From assembly GCF_001194135.2 (NCBI RefSeq), contig NC_068981.1:111010798-111074797 (forward strand): DNA of 64,000 nucleotides, given 5' to 3'. Each line of letters opens with the position of its first letter. Position 1 is the first letter of the stretch. Under the pieces are notes generated by a model. That model was given only the letters and a program-made list of their open reading frames with translations, did not search any database and was not told the DNA's origin. The stretch is from Octopus bimaculoides. Taxonomy: Eukaryota. Position numbers and translations under genes: made by a program. Positions 38,093-52,496 of the stretch are shown here, piece by piece.

Positions 38093-39660
38093 CACATATG
38101 TAAACTACTCTTCAAAACTATGAAACCAGAACACTGTTTTTTCTGGTGAACCATCCCACCCAAATTCATGAAACTCACCTCTAGATTGGAAATGGAATAG
38201 AAGAAGGCATTGCAATATTCAAATTTATTGAAAATAAAAAATAAATTAGATAATAATTCACAAAAAACATATAGAGCCAGAAACCCTCTGTTCAAAACTA
38301 TAACACCTGGTTGAATAATGTTGCAAAAATGATGCAAAACAGGGAAATTATAATATATTTCAATGATATTCTCATGCAATACATCAACAACAGTGTGTTT
38401 GACCACCACCTTTCTGAATTACTTCAAAGATACATGACTTCATACTCCCAATCAGCTTTTACAGCAGATCGAGTGGAAGCTCTTCCCAGGCCTTCTTTAT
38501 TGCTGTTTCAAGTTCATCAACAGGTGAATACTACTTGCCTTTGCTATAAACAACATTCATGAGATATCCCCAGGCATTCACTATAGGGTTTAAGGTTGGG
38601 ACTTCTTGCTGGCCATGGCATGACTTCAACCCCAATTGAATGGCAGAAATCCAAAGCTGCCTTTGCTTTAAGAATAGGAGCATTGTCCTGTTGAAATATG
38701 AAGTTCTCACTATGGAGCCTTCTTCCTTGTTCATCAGTGTGAGCCCTGTCCAACATATTGATGTATTGTGCAGCATCCATAATGACAGCATCCATGATGA
38801 CAAGACGATGGTAGATATTGGTCCCCACACCATAAGCTCTCCACTACTGTTCTGCCACTTGGAATAAGTAGAATTTTCTACACTTTTATCTACCCAGTAA
38901 TACTTATAACCTTTGGGGCCATCCAACTTCCATCTTTTCTCATCAGAGAACAGAACCCTGGTCCATTCACCATCCCATGTCTGATACTGCCGAGCAAACA
39001 CTAATCTAATGGCTTTGTGGAAAGGGGACAATAACAGGCATCTTAGCCACTTCTTCGGGTGAAAACCATGATTCAAAATCACTCTTCTTACAGTTTCTTA
39101 CTCCTGCTGATGCTTTGATTTTAGAAACAGAAGAACAGTGTGACTTCTTCACAATTCTGACAATGGCTCTTTTTGATGTAACCTTGGGATGTCCACTAAC
39201 CTAAATCCTGTTGTAGCTGTTAGGATCTTTCAGAAAATTGTCCTTTGGTGTTTTGCTTTGCTGAATCTTCTCAGCAATCTTCCAGTTACTCATTCCTTTC
39301 ACTTTCAGTGCAAGAATCTTCCCTTGTTCAATTTTGGAAAACTTTGCAGCTTTAGGCATACTGGAAATGTAATCTGGATCACAGAGAATACTACCAAATT
39401 GAATATTTTCCGAAACAATCCAGAAAGAAATGAAAATGTATTAGTGGCTTTATGGTTTTGAAGTGTTGATATGCTAGGAAAAATTGAAAATCAGGTGTTG
39501 TAATGTGATAATAAAGGTACAGGTTTTACATTTCAAAGTATTCATGAAATACCCATTTACAGTATATTATGCGCCTTAGTCCACTTAAATACAGAGTTAG
39601 ATTTCTAAATAACTTAAAAAGACATGTGGATTTATAATTTTGAATAGTAGTTTATATGTG
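38093..39660 (-). mobile_element. Decayed Tc1-like DNA transposon with ~35-bp imperfect TIRs
   Basis: WTRVLFSDEKRWKLDGPKG, LMVWGPIS, FIFQQDNAP, WPARSPNL. TIR-like acatatgtaaactactcttcaaaa / ttttgaatagtagtttatatgt. Confidence 0.85.
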
Positions 39661-39852
39661 TATATATATCATCATCATCATCATCATCGTTTAATGTCCG
39701 CTTTCCATGCTAGCATGGGTTGGATGATTTGACTGAGGACTGGTGAAACCGGATGGCAACACCAGGCTCCAATCTAATTTGGCAGAGTTTCTATATATNN
39801 NNNNNNNNNNNNNNNNNNNNNNNNNNNNNNNNNNNNNNNNNNNNNNNNNNNN

Positions 39853-39918
<66 letters not shown>

Positions 39919-39937
39919 AATAGATAGATAGCTAGAT

Positions 39938-39979
<42 letters not shown>

Positions 39980-40775
39980 TCTGTATTATCTGTCTGTTTT
40001 TCTCTCTTTCCTTCTGTCTTTCTTTTCTTTTCCATGATTGCATGGGTTGGGCATGTCCTCCCTAATACAGTATCTTGCCATTCTTGTGCTCATTTGTCAT
40101 TTTTTAAAATTTGGGTATCTTGAGATTAGCTTTCACCACTTTTGCCTGTCTTCCTTGATATTTCTCTTCCACTTTGATCTCCTGGCACTTCATTAGTCAT
40201 CTGTTATCATCCATTCATATTTCATGTTTACCAACACAGCTGTTATCTAATCTCTCTTCTACCCATTCTATTTTTAGTCATCTGTACCATGATGCACATG
40301 CATACTATTACACATCTGGCAGTATATGCTGATTTCAATTTTTTTGCAATTTTAATGCATCCTCTGTATTCAGTGCCCACATCTCACTACCATGAAACAT
40401 TGCATATTGTATATGAACAACATATAGTCTACCATTTGTTCGAAGAGAAAATTCTCTTTTTATCAACAAAGATAATCTTACCCTGAGTGTTTTTGTGTTG
40501 TGTACTTTTTCTGGCTACTATGCTTTCGATATGTCTTCCTTCTCAACTCATTAGATTGCCTTGGTGGAAGAAGCTATCAACTATTTCTATGGATCCATCC
40601 ATGCATTGAAAAAGAATTTATTGTACCAGTGCTCTGATTTCTAGCTACTCTTGTACACCAGCCACATATTTATATTAAACATTAAAAAAAATTGAATTAT
40701 AATCTTTGTATTTTAATATATTTGTCAAAATATGCCAAGTTCCTTGATATCTGATTATACACTTATATTTTCTAG

Positions 40776-41031
40776 ATCCTGAAATGAATGATTACCTTCG
40801 TAACTACTTTGGTGCTGCAGCCACTACAGTTGACAAAGATTTTTATATAATGGGTGGCTATAATGGTGTGGAAAGTGGGAAATTAATGAGAATAAATCTT
40901 CCTGATGATACATGCACCCTTATATATGACTATGAGACTTGTAAGAGTACTGATGGCTGTTCTGCATGTAAGTTAGAAACCGTATACAACTTGACATACT
41001 GTGTTTCTACTGAAGGTAGATTTCCTGATAT
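40776..41031 (+). CDS. MEGF8: MEGF8-like exon: last Kelch repeat and start of PSI domain (DPEMNDYLRNYFGAAATTVDKDFYIMGGYNGVESGKLMRINLPDDTCTLIYDYETCKSTDGCSAC...)
   Basis: ttttctag|AT acceptor completes codon G+AT (Asp) from the previous exon; AT|gtaagt donor (phase 2). YIMGGYNG Kelch motif followed by LPxDxC, as in MEGF8. Confidence 0.92.
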
Positions 41032-41170
41032 GTAAGTATAAATTTTAATTTTTTCATAACAAAATAATTTTGAAGATTGCTTTTTTATGTATATATATTT
41101 CTAGTTTCAATGCTCTAAACCCTGAATATGTTTCTTTATTAAAGGAGAAGAAATACAACCTTCAAGCATA

Positions 41171-44100
41171 TTTAGCGGGATACTAGCATGACATTACATC
41201 AAACTCAGTGGTGTGGAGATAGCTATGTAGTAATCCTCTAAATCTAAGTTGTATGATAGTATTCTGTCATAAAAAGAAGATTAGACTCCATACAATAATA
41301 TATAGAATTTATTTGGGATAGATGATTCAAACACAGCTTTTCATACAATGTAAGAAATCAAATGTTAACATGTTGTGGATCCTTTTTGAATAACAAATGA
41401 ACTAGTTGTGAGACAAAATTGCAAGGGTATCAGAAATGTGTGTGTGGTGTCATGTGTGAGGCTTAGATGGAAAACATATTCAGTTCAAAGCTTGGACTTA
41501 CTGTTTCAAGTTCATAGCAGGTGTCAACGAAATTGGTAACATGACAGGCCAATGTCGAATAGGTTGTGGCGGTAGAGTTAGCTACTGAACAAATTGCCTT
41601 GATAATGCAGGATATAATGGTAGCTGTTGAATATTCATCATGAAAATGATGGTGGTCTGCAATCTGCTAGGCAAGCATCATTAGAACGATGGTAGTAAGA
41701 AGACTGCTAGGCAAAACATTATTAGAATGATGGTAACCTCATATGGTCTATGGCCTGAGGCAAAAGAGGCTGGACAGTCAAAAAGAATGCTATTTATATC
41801 TTTTGTGGCCTAGTGCTTGATTTTCCCATAGGGACACAATTAGATAGTTGTACTTGACCAACCAACTTGCCTAATCACCAGATCACATGTTAGCTGAATG
41901 AGGAGGCTTTGTATAATCTAATTGAAGACATTTAATATTAAACAACTAAGGCTTTAACATCGCACACATGCCTCTGGTAACCACTTATGCTACAGAACTC
42001 CCCTGCTAGAACATTTGTCACTGGCAAATGGGCAATCACAGAAAAATTCTAGTAGCAGAAGGGTAAAAGAACTAGAAAAAGGAGGTAGCAAAACATATCA
42101 AATGAATATGCAAAGAAAATATACAGGAAATAAGCAGTCAAATAATAAACACAAGAATGCTGAAAATACATATATGCATGAGTTCAGGCAATAATAAAAT
42201 TGTTCAGATGTAAACAGTCTTACATAATTTTTTTGGCCAGTGCACTCTTCTACCACTATGCGTTGTAGTGATGTATTTTGATGCAGGGGTAGGTGGCTGT
42301 GTTTTTGGAGGTGGTGGTGAAGGTGCGGTGTTTGCTGTTTGAAAAGGTGTGTAACAAAGGGGAATTTTGGCTCTGGAGTGAGGGCTTCTGAGAAAGCATG
42401 CTTCACTCTGTCTATTGACACTGTCTCTTTTTTTGTCCATGATTGTCTATGGTAAAGAGTTTATGAGTCTTTGCAAGGACATGATAGGGTCCTTTATAAG
42501 GCTGTGTAAAGGGTCCTCGCACTGAGCCATCTTTGAGAAATACATGTGTCCAAGAAGAAATGTCTGCTGGAACAGCAGTAGGAATAGTCTGATGTTGAGA
42601 AGACATTGGTGGAAGATCAGCAAAGTAAGTTTGTAGTCTATGTACATAAGATGCAGGATCTTGAGTCGATAAATCCGCAGGTGCCAACATTTGGCCTGGT
42701 AGAGATAGTGGTGAACTGTAGAGAAGTTCAGCAGGAGAATATCCTAGATCTTCTTTAACAGAGGAGTGACAACCCAAAAGGACAACAGAAAGGTACTGAC
42801 TCCAATGGTGGGGATCTGGGCAGGATCATAATGCAGCTTTAAGTTGATGGTGGAATCTTCCTACCATACCATTAGATGCAGGATGGTAACTGCTTGTACG
42901 GATATACTTAATGCCTAAAATTTTCGAAAGTTCTGTAAAAAGCTGCAACTCAAACTGTCTTCCATGATCAGTAGTGATCCTTAAGGGAATACCAAAATAC
43001 AAAATCAAAGTCAAAACTAGAGCTTGGGCAACCAACTCTGCAGAAATATCACACAATGGAACAGCTTCAGGCCAACATGAAAATCGGTCTACATATGTAA
43101 GAATTTAGCTGAAACCATGACTAGCAATCCAAGGACCGATCAGGTCTCTGTGAACATGCTTAAAACGAGTATCTGGATGTTCAAAAGTGCCAAGGAGTGA
43201 ACAAATATGCTTGTGTATCTTACTTAGAACACTGGTATTGTAAACAGGAGTGAGACCATGCAGTAGTATGCTGATACATATTTGGCCAGAGAAAATGAGC
43301 CAAAATAAGCTTTACTGAAGCAGCATTTCCAGGGTGAGATAACAAATTCAAAGCATTGAAAATCAGTCGCCAGTGACACTCTGAAACTAGCGGATGCAGA
43401 GAACCAGGTGATGTGCCATACAATATGGTCCAGCCTGCAGTCGATACTGGAAGATATTCAAATTTGCAACTGGTGAATTCTTCAGATGCGGTATCCAAGT
43501 TAAAGCAGGCTGGTTAGCAGCCAAAGCAGAAAAATTGATTTCAGAAACAGATGATAAATAGCAAACAGGAAGGTGTGATAAGGCATCTGCAACAACATTG
43601 CTAGAACCAGAAATATGCTGAATATCACTAGTGCACTGTGATATATAATCTAATTGTTGGGTTTCTCTAGGTGAATGCTTGTCGGATTTTGATAACAAAG
43701 TGAACACGAGAGGTTTGTAATCTGTGAAAATGGTAAATTGTCGGCCTTCTAATAGATTGGAGAAATTCTTCACAGCTAAGAATATAGCTAAAAGGTCTCT
43801 GCCAAAAGTGCTGTACCAAGATTCAGTAGGTTTGAGCTGGCGAGAGAAAAGTGCTAAAGGTTGCATTTTATCCTTGTAAGATTGTTGGAGAACAGCACCA
43901 ACAGCAGTATCAGATCCATCAGCAGAGAGAGAGAGATGAGCACCCTCAGCCGGATAAGTGAGCAAGGACATGTTTCGCAGTTCAACTGTCACTGTTTGAA
44001 AAGTTTGTAGTTGCGACAGTGTAATAACCTCGTTTTTTGGTATTGTTTTTTGGTATCATGGCTGTTTTGCTGAGAGGGTGTGAAGATGCATTCCTCCTTG

Positions 44101-44618
44101 TTCTTTCCCACACCAGGAAGACTAGTTAAGGAAACCCTGATCATGTCAGCAGTCCCCTCTTCTAAGACTCTGAATCATGCATTCTTAGAAGATTTGAATT
44201 CTTTGAGTTCTAAAATGGCTTGGAGTGTTGTTGCTTGATTTGAACTGCTGTAAAATCTGTGTTAAAGGAACTAATTTTGCAGTACAATTTGGAATAAATC
44301 TGCAGTAAAAATTCACCAATCACCAGGTGCAGGAGTGGCTGTGTGGTAAGTAGCTTGTTTACCAACCACATGGTTCTGGGTTCAGTCCCACTGCGTGGNN
44401 NNNNNNNNNNNNNNNNNNNNNNNNNNNNNNNNNNNNNNNNNNNNNNNNNNNNNNNNNNNNNNNNNNNNNNNNNNNNNNNNNNNNNNNNNNNNNNNNNNNN
44501 NNNNNNNNNNNNNNNNNNNNNNNNNNNNNNNNNNNNNNNNNNNNNNNNNNNNNNNNNNNNNNNNNNNNNNNNNNNNNNNNNNNNNNNNNNNNNNNNNNNN
44601 NNNNNNNNNNNNNNNNNN

Positions 44619-44653
<35 letters not shown>

Positions 44654-47600
44654 CTGTGTTTGTCCCTCCATCATCGCTTGACAACCGATGCTGGTGTGTT
44701 TATGTCTCTGTAACTTAGTGGTTCGGCAAAAGAGACCGATAGAATAAGTACTAGGCTTACAAAGAATAAGTCTTGGGGTCTATTTGCTTGGCTAAAGGTG
44801 GTGCTCCAGCATGGCCACAGTTAAATGACTGAAACAAGTAAAAGAGTAAAAGAGTAATCCCAAAAAGTGGCGAAGCATAGTTGGAGGAGCTAAACTCTGT
44901 ATAGCTTGGATTTTCTCAGGAAGAGGACAAATGCTGTTGCTGTCTATTAGATGTCCCAAAGATTCCAAAGAGGAGGAGCCAAAAACACACTTGGCAGGAT
45001 TTATTTTCACTTGGTACGTACTCAAATGCTGGAAAAGTAGTGTTAAGTGCTGGATATGTTCCTCAAGAGTAGAAGTGGTGATTAGCAGATCATCTATATA
45101 AGCAAACACAATTTGCAACCTATGAATGACTTCATCCATAAATCTCTGGAATGTGCTAGCTGTGTTTCTGAGTGCAAAATGCATGGAGAAAATTCCAAAG
45201 AACCAAATGGAGTGACGATAGCAGTCTTTGGTATATTGTCTGGTTTTACAGGAATCTGATGATAAGCTCTCACTAAGTCTATTTTTGAAAAGTCTGTGCA
45301 ACCAGGTAACGCAGAAGCAAAATCATGCAGGTGAGATATTAGGTACCTGTCTGGAATGGTAATAGAAAAGGTGTCTAAAATCTCTTACAAGACAAAAATC
45401 TGTAGACCTCTGTGGGACGAGGTGGAGGGGCGTATAAGCCCTAGCTGCAACATGTGGTCAAATTCTGCCTTTGCTGCCTTGAGTTTATCCGGCACCAACC
45501 AGCAAGGTCGTGAAAACACAGGAAGACCAGTGGTAGTGAGCTAAAACTTGGAGTAGCTGAACTGATACAGCTGTAGAGCTATCCAACAAAGATTGCTTGC
45601 GACCATCAACTAGCAAAATTGGGTATGATAGGTCAGCAATGATAAAAATCCACTTAAAATCTCTGTGAAGTGCTAAATCTAAAGAAAGGGATATCTGGCC
45701 AGACATCTGAATGGGTGAATGATTCATCATTTGTAGCAAAATGTCTGTAGGAAGTGACTGCGCCATAAGGAATTTTACTGGCCAGATACTGCAGGCTGCG
45801 CCAGTGTCTACCATAAGTAGCTTGCGGGAATTCAAATCTTCTAAGAATGCATGATTCAGAGTCTTAGAAGAGGGGACTGCTGACATGGTCAGGGTTTCCT
45901 TAACTAGTCTTCCTGGTGTGGGAAAGAACAAGGAGGAATGCATTTTCACACCCTCTCAGCAAAACAGCCATGATACCAAAAATATGGCAAGGTAGCAGGA
46001 GAAAATGAACAGTGTCTTGGTGAAGACGAACAGCTAGAGGGCCAGTGGTGAAAAGAATTCTGCACAGAACACAACTTTCTGACTTCTTTGAGTTCTAAAG
46101 TGGCTTGGAGTGTTGTTGCTTGATTTGAACTGCTGTCATCTGAAGAAGGCAAAGGCATGATAACTACTTTATTATCAACATGGACGTTGTTGGAATACTC
46201 CATTATTTTACCAGCAGATGGTGCTAGTTGGTCTACAGAACTGAACTCTAACATGGGCAGCAATATGGACTGAACATATGGGGTAACCCCGAGAAGAAGA
46301 GTTGTTTGATAAGAGAGCTGTCCTCAGTTGAGGCATCGGTTAATTCCCATATTCTTTGCAAAAATTTGGTGGGCTTTCTATCACCCAAATTTCGGTCATT
46401 TAAACATGTCTTAAAATGGCATTCAGCAGATATGGTGGTCCTACAAATAATCTCCTGCTTAATGGAGGTATACATGGCATCAGGCAGGGTGTCAGTGATT
46501 AAATGTTTGAGGTGAACCACAAGAGCAGAAGGAATGGCACTAACCAAAATATGAAGTTGCAGTTGGACTGATTGAATGTTGGCAGCGAGAAAATGGGATT
46601 TGACTTGAGTGTATCATACTTTCACATCTCCATTGAACACTGGTAATATAGAAGGGTTTATGATGCTGAAAAACTTTATGAAAGTCTGTCACTGTGAGCA
46701 AGAAGCAAGACAAATTTCTGGTGCTAAAATAGGGTTATCCAGAGGCATGAAATCTGCAATGCAAGCTCAACACAAACTTAAGTACACCACACATGTGAGT
46801 TAAGTGCCTTATTTCCTCTTTTAAGACATAAATACTGGTTGAAAAAGAATGTTTGGCACAGGGTTGCCAGTTTTAGCGGGATACTAGACATTACACCAAA
46901 CTCAGTGGTGTGGTGATGGCCATGTAGTATTCCACTAAATTTAAGTTGTATAACAGTATTCTGTCATAAAAGGAAGATCAGACTCCATACACTATTAAGT
47001 AGAATTTATTTGGGATAGATGATACAAACACAGCTTTTCATACAATGTAAGATATCAAATGTTAACATGTTGTGGATCCTTTTTGAATAACAAGTAAACT
47101 AGTCATGAGACAAAATTGCAAGGGTATCAGAAATGTGTGTGTGGTGTCATGTGTGAGGCTTAGATGGAAAACATATTCAGTTCATAGCTTGGATTTACTG
47201 TTACAAGTTTATAGCAGGTGTCAACGAAATTGGTAACATGACAGGCCAATGATGAGTAAGCTGTGGCAGTAGAGTTAGCTGCTGAACAAATTGCCATGAT
47301 AATGCAGGATATAATGGTAGCTGTTGAATATTTGTTGTGAAAACGATGGTGGTCAGCAATCTGCTAGGCAAGCATCATTAGAACGATGGTAGTAAGAAGA
47401 CTGCTAGGCAAACATCATTAGAACAATGCTAGCCACATATGGTCTATGGCCTGAGGTAAAAGAGTCCAGACAGCCGAAAACACTGCTATTTATATCTTTT
47501 GTGGCTTAGTGCTTGATTTTCCCACCAGGGGGTGGGGAAATGACTTGTTGTAGGGACATGACTGGATAGTTGTACTTGACCAACCAACTCGCCAATCACC

Positions 47601-47716
47601 AGATCATGTGATAGCTGAATGAGGAGGCTTTGTATAATCTAATTGAAGACATTTAATATTAAACAACTGAGGCTTTGGTAACCACTTCTGGTAATGCCTC
47701 TGGTAACTCTTCTGCT
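41171..47716 (-). mobile_element. Decayed Ty3/Gypsy LTR retrotransposon (CsRn1-like), ~820-bp LTRs
   Basis: Direct repeats 41171-41994 and 46872-~47716; PPT gaactcccct at 41995-42004; degenerate PBS tggcaaccctgtg. Gag LGDRKPTKFLQ, protease [31 protein letters not shown], RNase H DGSDTAVGAVL, integrase ITTDHGRQFE. Confidence 0.9.
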
Positions 47717-48199
47717 CTTAAACATTTTCAAATTTCACTCACAGCAAAAAGTAAATCGGCTAGGTCTTCATCTCCACATACTGAATAAATGTTGAAAAGA
47801 TGCATTTAAGAAATATTACGATTAGTTATTTAAAAATATACAAATATAAATCACTGAAGCTGATTTTTTCTTATTAAAATGGAACATTTCTTGACAGTTA
47901 TTTCTAAAAGAAATTTTTAATCTCTGAAATCAAAAGACATTTTGAAATTTTCAATGTGTATATATAAAAAAGATAATAAAAGCCACTTAAAATTGTAAAG
48001 CTAAAATAAAATGTACTTAGTTGACAAACTGGCTTTAGAAAACTATTACGATAACAATTTTGAAATCAGAAGTAAACAGTATACATAAATATGTGTTGAA
48101 ACATTAAATTAACAATAAATAATAGCACAACTTTAGAAGTTTATCTACATGTCATTCTTTCACATTTCCACTAACTTTTACTTCAAAATTTGTAACCTT

Positions 48200-49300
48200 G
48201 AGCTTTCATCAAGCGTTCATTAGCTTCAAAATTCTCCATAAGAAGATCTTTCATTTTAAATTCATATGGATGATGTAATATGTTTGTTCTTTGTTTCATA
48301 TATTAAACCTTTTTGAATTTGATGTGTATCTTGTTTCAGTAGGTAAATTCTGTTTGCATATATAACCTCATTCAATCAGGTTCCATTGCTTCAGTTATTG
48401 CATCCACAGCTTGATTTCCAATTCTTATGTGTCTTTTGTTCTGGTCATTATTTGTCAATTTTTGTAATGACTCTCTTTCAGTCATACTAAGGATTTTTAC
48501 TTTTCCAAGTTCATTGAGAATTTCTTGCTTTGTTTGTTCTATCTGATCATTATGCATATGAGTAAAAGTATTCTCATCCATATTGTTAATTTTGTCTTTC
48601 AGCTTGAACCTGCTCTCTTGTATTTCTGATACTTACAATATTTTTGTGAAATTTCTTCCAATGACAGTTTAGATACTAAGATTTGTGATTTCTCTGTTGT
48701 CACATATTCATTTTCATCCCTATTTGATACTGATAATCACAAACCTTTTTCTATTTTCTTCATCATTTAATTTAACTCTGCATTTGTTTGTTACTTGTTT
48801 CTGAGAATCTCTCTTCTTACATTTGCAAGTTTGTTTTCATCCATGTTTGGTCTCATTTCTGGATTTCTTTCCATCCATGCCCTAACAGAATTTACTGTGT
48901 GCTTTGGTTCTGGTTTGCCCAATGAGTGTTAAAATGTGTATATCACTTGTTTATACTCTGATCCATTTGTTATATTTAGATTTTTGTCTTCCTTGTTCTG
49001 CTATACTTGAGGACTTGGGTTGAGATTAATCTTGTTTAAGTCTGTATTCAAGTTTGTATTTGGAGAAGAGCTTGTTTTAGTAGCTGACTTTTCACTCTTA
49101 GGCTGATTCCTCCCTGAGGGATTGGCTCTTGTTGAACTGGGTGACAACCAATCCAGTACACGTTTTTCTCTGTAGATATTGCATTTTTTTTTGTTATGTA
49201 TTTATTTAAATCCTTTACTGTCAAAGGGTAATTTTGTCCAAGATACTGTAGCAAAAGCTTGATAACTCTTGACCTTTAGCTACCCACATTGTGGCGTTTT
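48200..49300 (-). mobile_element. R4/Dong-like LINE, 5' ORF fragment
   Basis: WMERNPEMRPNMDENKLANVRRD and RESLQKL remnants resemble the N-terminal region of R4-clade ORFs. Confidence 0.5.
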
Positions 49301-49919
49301 ACTTTTAGCTACGTATTTTTAGTTCATCATGTGATGGTCCAGTCCATTTAGCTTTATTTGAACTGTTCACCCTTTAACGTGATGGACTAGCCTAGTGTCC
49401 CTATGTCAGTTTTTTAACGGATGAATTTTCAAGCTAATTCCTTATGGAGATGAGTTTGCTATGAGTGAGTTTTGGATCTTCGACAGTGAGAGCAGTGTAT
49501 TCACTTTGCAGTTTTAGCAATAACAGAATTAAAACTAGAATCCTTGATGCTATGCTTCACGTCTTTTCAATATTTTGAACAGAATTGTAACCAGAATCCT
49601 TGATGCTATTCATCATGTTTTTCTAACCTTTCATCTTCAACTTCTATAGATATTTGAATCTATGTAATGTATTGACAATTATTAATGTCCTACTAGTTTG
49701 TTGTATTTCACTTTAGTGATGGTAATAAATGTTTCAGTGTGGTCAACTTCACCGTTGCATTTTCTTATTAATATCCATCCTAGCTTATTTTAATCAAAAG
49801 GCATTATATTATCAGGCCTTAAGCCACATTTCATACAACAACACTCATTGCTAAAATACCAACTCTACGGCAAGATTAGTGAGCTCATCCTGGCCATGAA
49901 ATATGGTTGCTTTCCATAT

Positions 49920-50449
49920 TATTATTTTATTGTCTTTGCACAGCTTCTAATGCTGGAGATATACTACGGTGTTAGCTATTCACTACCAGTGAACTAAGAT
50001 AACACTCCTTATGTTTTGAGCACCATCCACAGTATTTGAGCATTTCCAAGCAGTGCTGTTTTCTGCAAGTGCTTCACCCTTATTGTAGCCCCTATTTGTT
50101 CCATATACTTCTTAAGATTTTTACTCACTGTTCCCAGGGCTCTGGCAATTATTGGTACTACTACCACCTTTTTCAGTGACCACAACTGCTTTATTATTAT
50201 TATTATTATTGGTTTCTCCTTTACAGGTGCCAGTGCCATGAAAATGCACTTGTATTGGTGATATGTAAATGCACTTGTGCCAGTGGCACATAAAAAAGAC
50301 CCAGCACACTCTGTAAAGTGGTTGGCATTAGGAAGGGCATCCAACTGTAGAAACCATGCCACAACAGACAACTGGAATCTGAACAGCTCTTTTCAAACAG
50401 TCTAACCCATACCAGCATGGAAAACAGTGATGATAATGACAACAACGAC

Positions 50450-50491
<42 letters not shown>

Positions 50492-50703
50492 GGCAGTGAA
50501 CTGGCAGAACCATTAGCACACCGGGCAAAATGCTTAGCTGCATTTTGTCCATCTTTAAACTCTGAGTTCAAGTTCTTCTGAGGTCGACTTTGCCTTTTAT
50601 CCTTTCAGGGTTGATAAATTAAGTACCAGTAAAACACTGAGGTTGATAAAATCAACTAGTCCCTTGCCCTTAAATTTCAGGCCTTGTGCCTTTAGTAGAA
50701 AGG

Positions 50704-50751
<48 letters not shown>

Positions 50752-52490
50752 GTTATTATTATTATTATTCAATAGTCTTATTTTTATCACAAGCTTTCAC
50801 TGCACTAGCAGGCACAGCTCCATGTGTCTTGTATATGTTTTGGTGTTGCTATTTTCACTGTATTCGAAGTGTTTTACATAAGATGCATGTGGTGCTTAGC
50901 ATTGCTATTCTCTGTATATTATATATATTCATAAGTCCTGTTGTTTTGGTTACTCTTATACTCTTTTACATGTTGCAGTCATTTGACTGTGGCCATGCTG
51001 GAGCACCACCTTTAGTCGAGCAAATCAACCCCAAGACTTATTCTTTGGAAGCCTAGTACTTATTCTATCGGTCTCTTTTGTCAAACTGCTAAGTTATGGA
51101 GACGTAAACACACCAGCATCGGTTGTCAAGCGATGTTGGGGGGACAAACACACACACACACACACATATATATATACATATACATATATACAATGGCCTT
51201 CTTTCAGTTTCTGTCTACCAAGTCCACTCACAAGGCTTTGGTCGGCCCGAGGCTATAGTAGGAGACACTTGCCCAAGGTGCCACACCGTGGGACTGAACC
51301 CGGAACCATGTGCTTGGTAATCAAGCTACTTACCACACTGCCACTCCTGGTTATGTATGTTTTTTAAAGATACCTAATGTATTTATTATTATAGAGGTTG
51401 TTTTTGTTTTTATGAGTTAGGTTATCTCTGTTTCCAGATCTTTGTATTTCAAGAATTTCTCCATTTCTTTTAGAGATACATTGTCATCTGTTGGGATTGA
51501 TAAATCAATTAGAAGGCATGTTTTCCTTGGTGGTCTCTGACAACCTTGGCATATCTCAGTGTATGGTTGCTTTGTCATCTTCTGAGATCTTTTCTGGGAT
51601 ATGCCTGAACCATCTTTTTTCTGTTGTCATTGTATATAGGTCCCAACTCTGTCATTGATATATTCCTTTTTAGTCAGAAATGGGCAATCAGAGACAATAT
51701 CATTTAGTGTTTCTTCCCCATCACCACTTATTCTGCAGTTTCTTATTGTATTTTTCTTCATTATGTGTTTCTGATGGTTTCTGGTGGGGAGGCTTTGATC
51801 TTGTGCCACAATTAAAAATTCTTCAGTGTCTGCTTTGAGTCCTGAGCTTCTCAACCATTGTTGGTATTTTACTTTGTCTATTTCTTTTCTGCTTAGCTTA
51901 TCACAGTATTTGCCATCTGAGGGCTTTTCTTGCCATTGTTTTGTTATGGTATTTTGTAGTTCCAGTTTAGCATAGAGTTCAGTTGCTTTACAGCTTTTGT
52001 CTTTTGTTCTTTTTCTTCAAAGCTGTCCAGTATTATGAGTTTTTCTTGTATTTTTTTGGCTTCCTTGAATACAGAAAACTGTTTTATGTTTTGCTCATGC
52101 TTTGTGGCTATTTGTACCAGTTTTCCTTGGTTCTGTGTCCGATATTCCATTATTCCTATGGTTGATATTTTATAGTAGTTTTCTTGTTGTATAAAGCCTC
52201 TACCACCTTGAATTTCTTGTATATATAACCTTTTTATATCAGATTTGAGGTGGTGTATTCTAAATTCCATCATTATTTTTCTAGTTTGGTTAGTTCATTT
52301 AGTGTCCAATTAAGAATATTGTAATTGTAACTTATAACTGGGACAGCTAAAGTATCGATACCTACTATCTTGTTTTTCACATTGAGCCCTATTTTAAGTA
52401 TTAATCTGCAGTATTCCTTCCTTATTTTGTCTTTCATTTGTGTTTGGTGTAATTCTCTTATTTCACTTTCTTTATCTAGTGTGATATTCA
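49920..52490 (-). mobile_element. R4/Dong-like LINE 3' part, interrupted by SINEs and an RTE UTR
   Basis: HHLKSDIKRLYI...GGRGF, TEEFLIVAQDQSLPTRN, CRISGDGEETLNDIVSDC, VVVPIIARALGTV...LQKTALLGNAQIL. Confidence 0.8.
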
Positions 52491-52496
52491 TCTTCA

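Noticed and set aside
41011-41021. Alternative donor GAAG|gtagat in the MEGF8 exon
   Set aside because: It gives phase 1, incompatible with the phase-2 acceptor at 59491; the gtaagt donor at 41032 fits.
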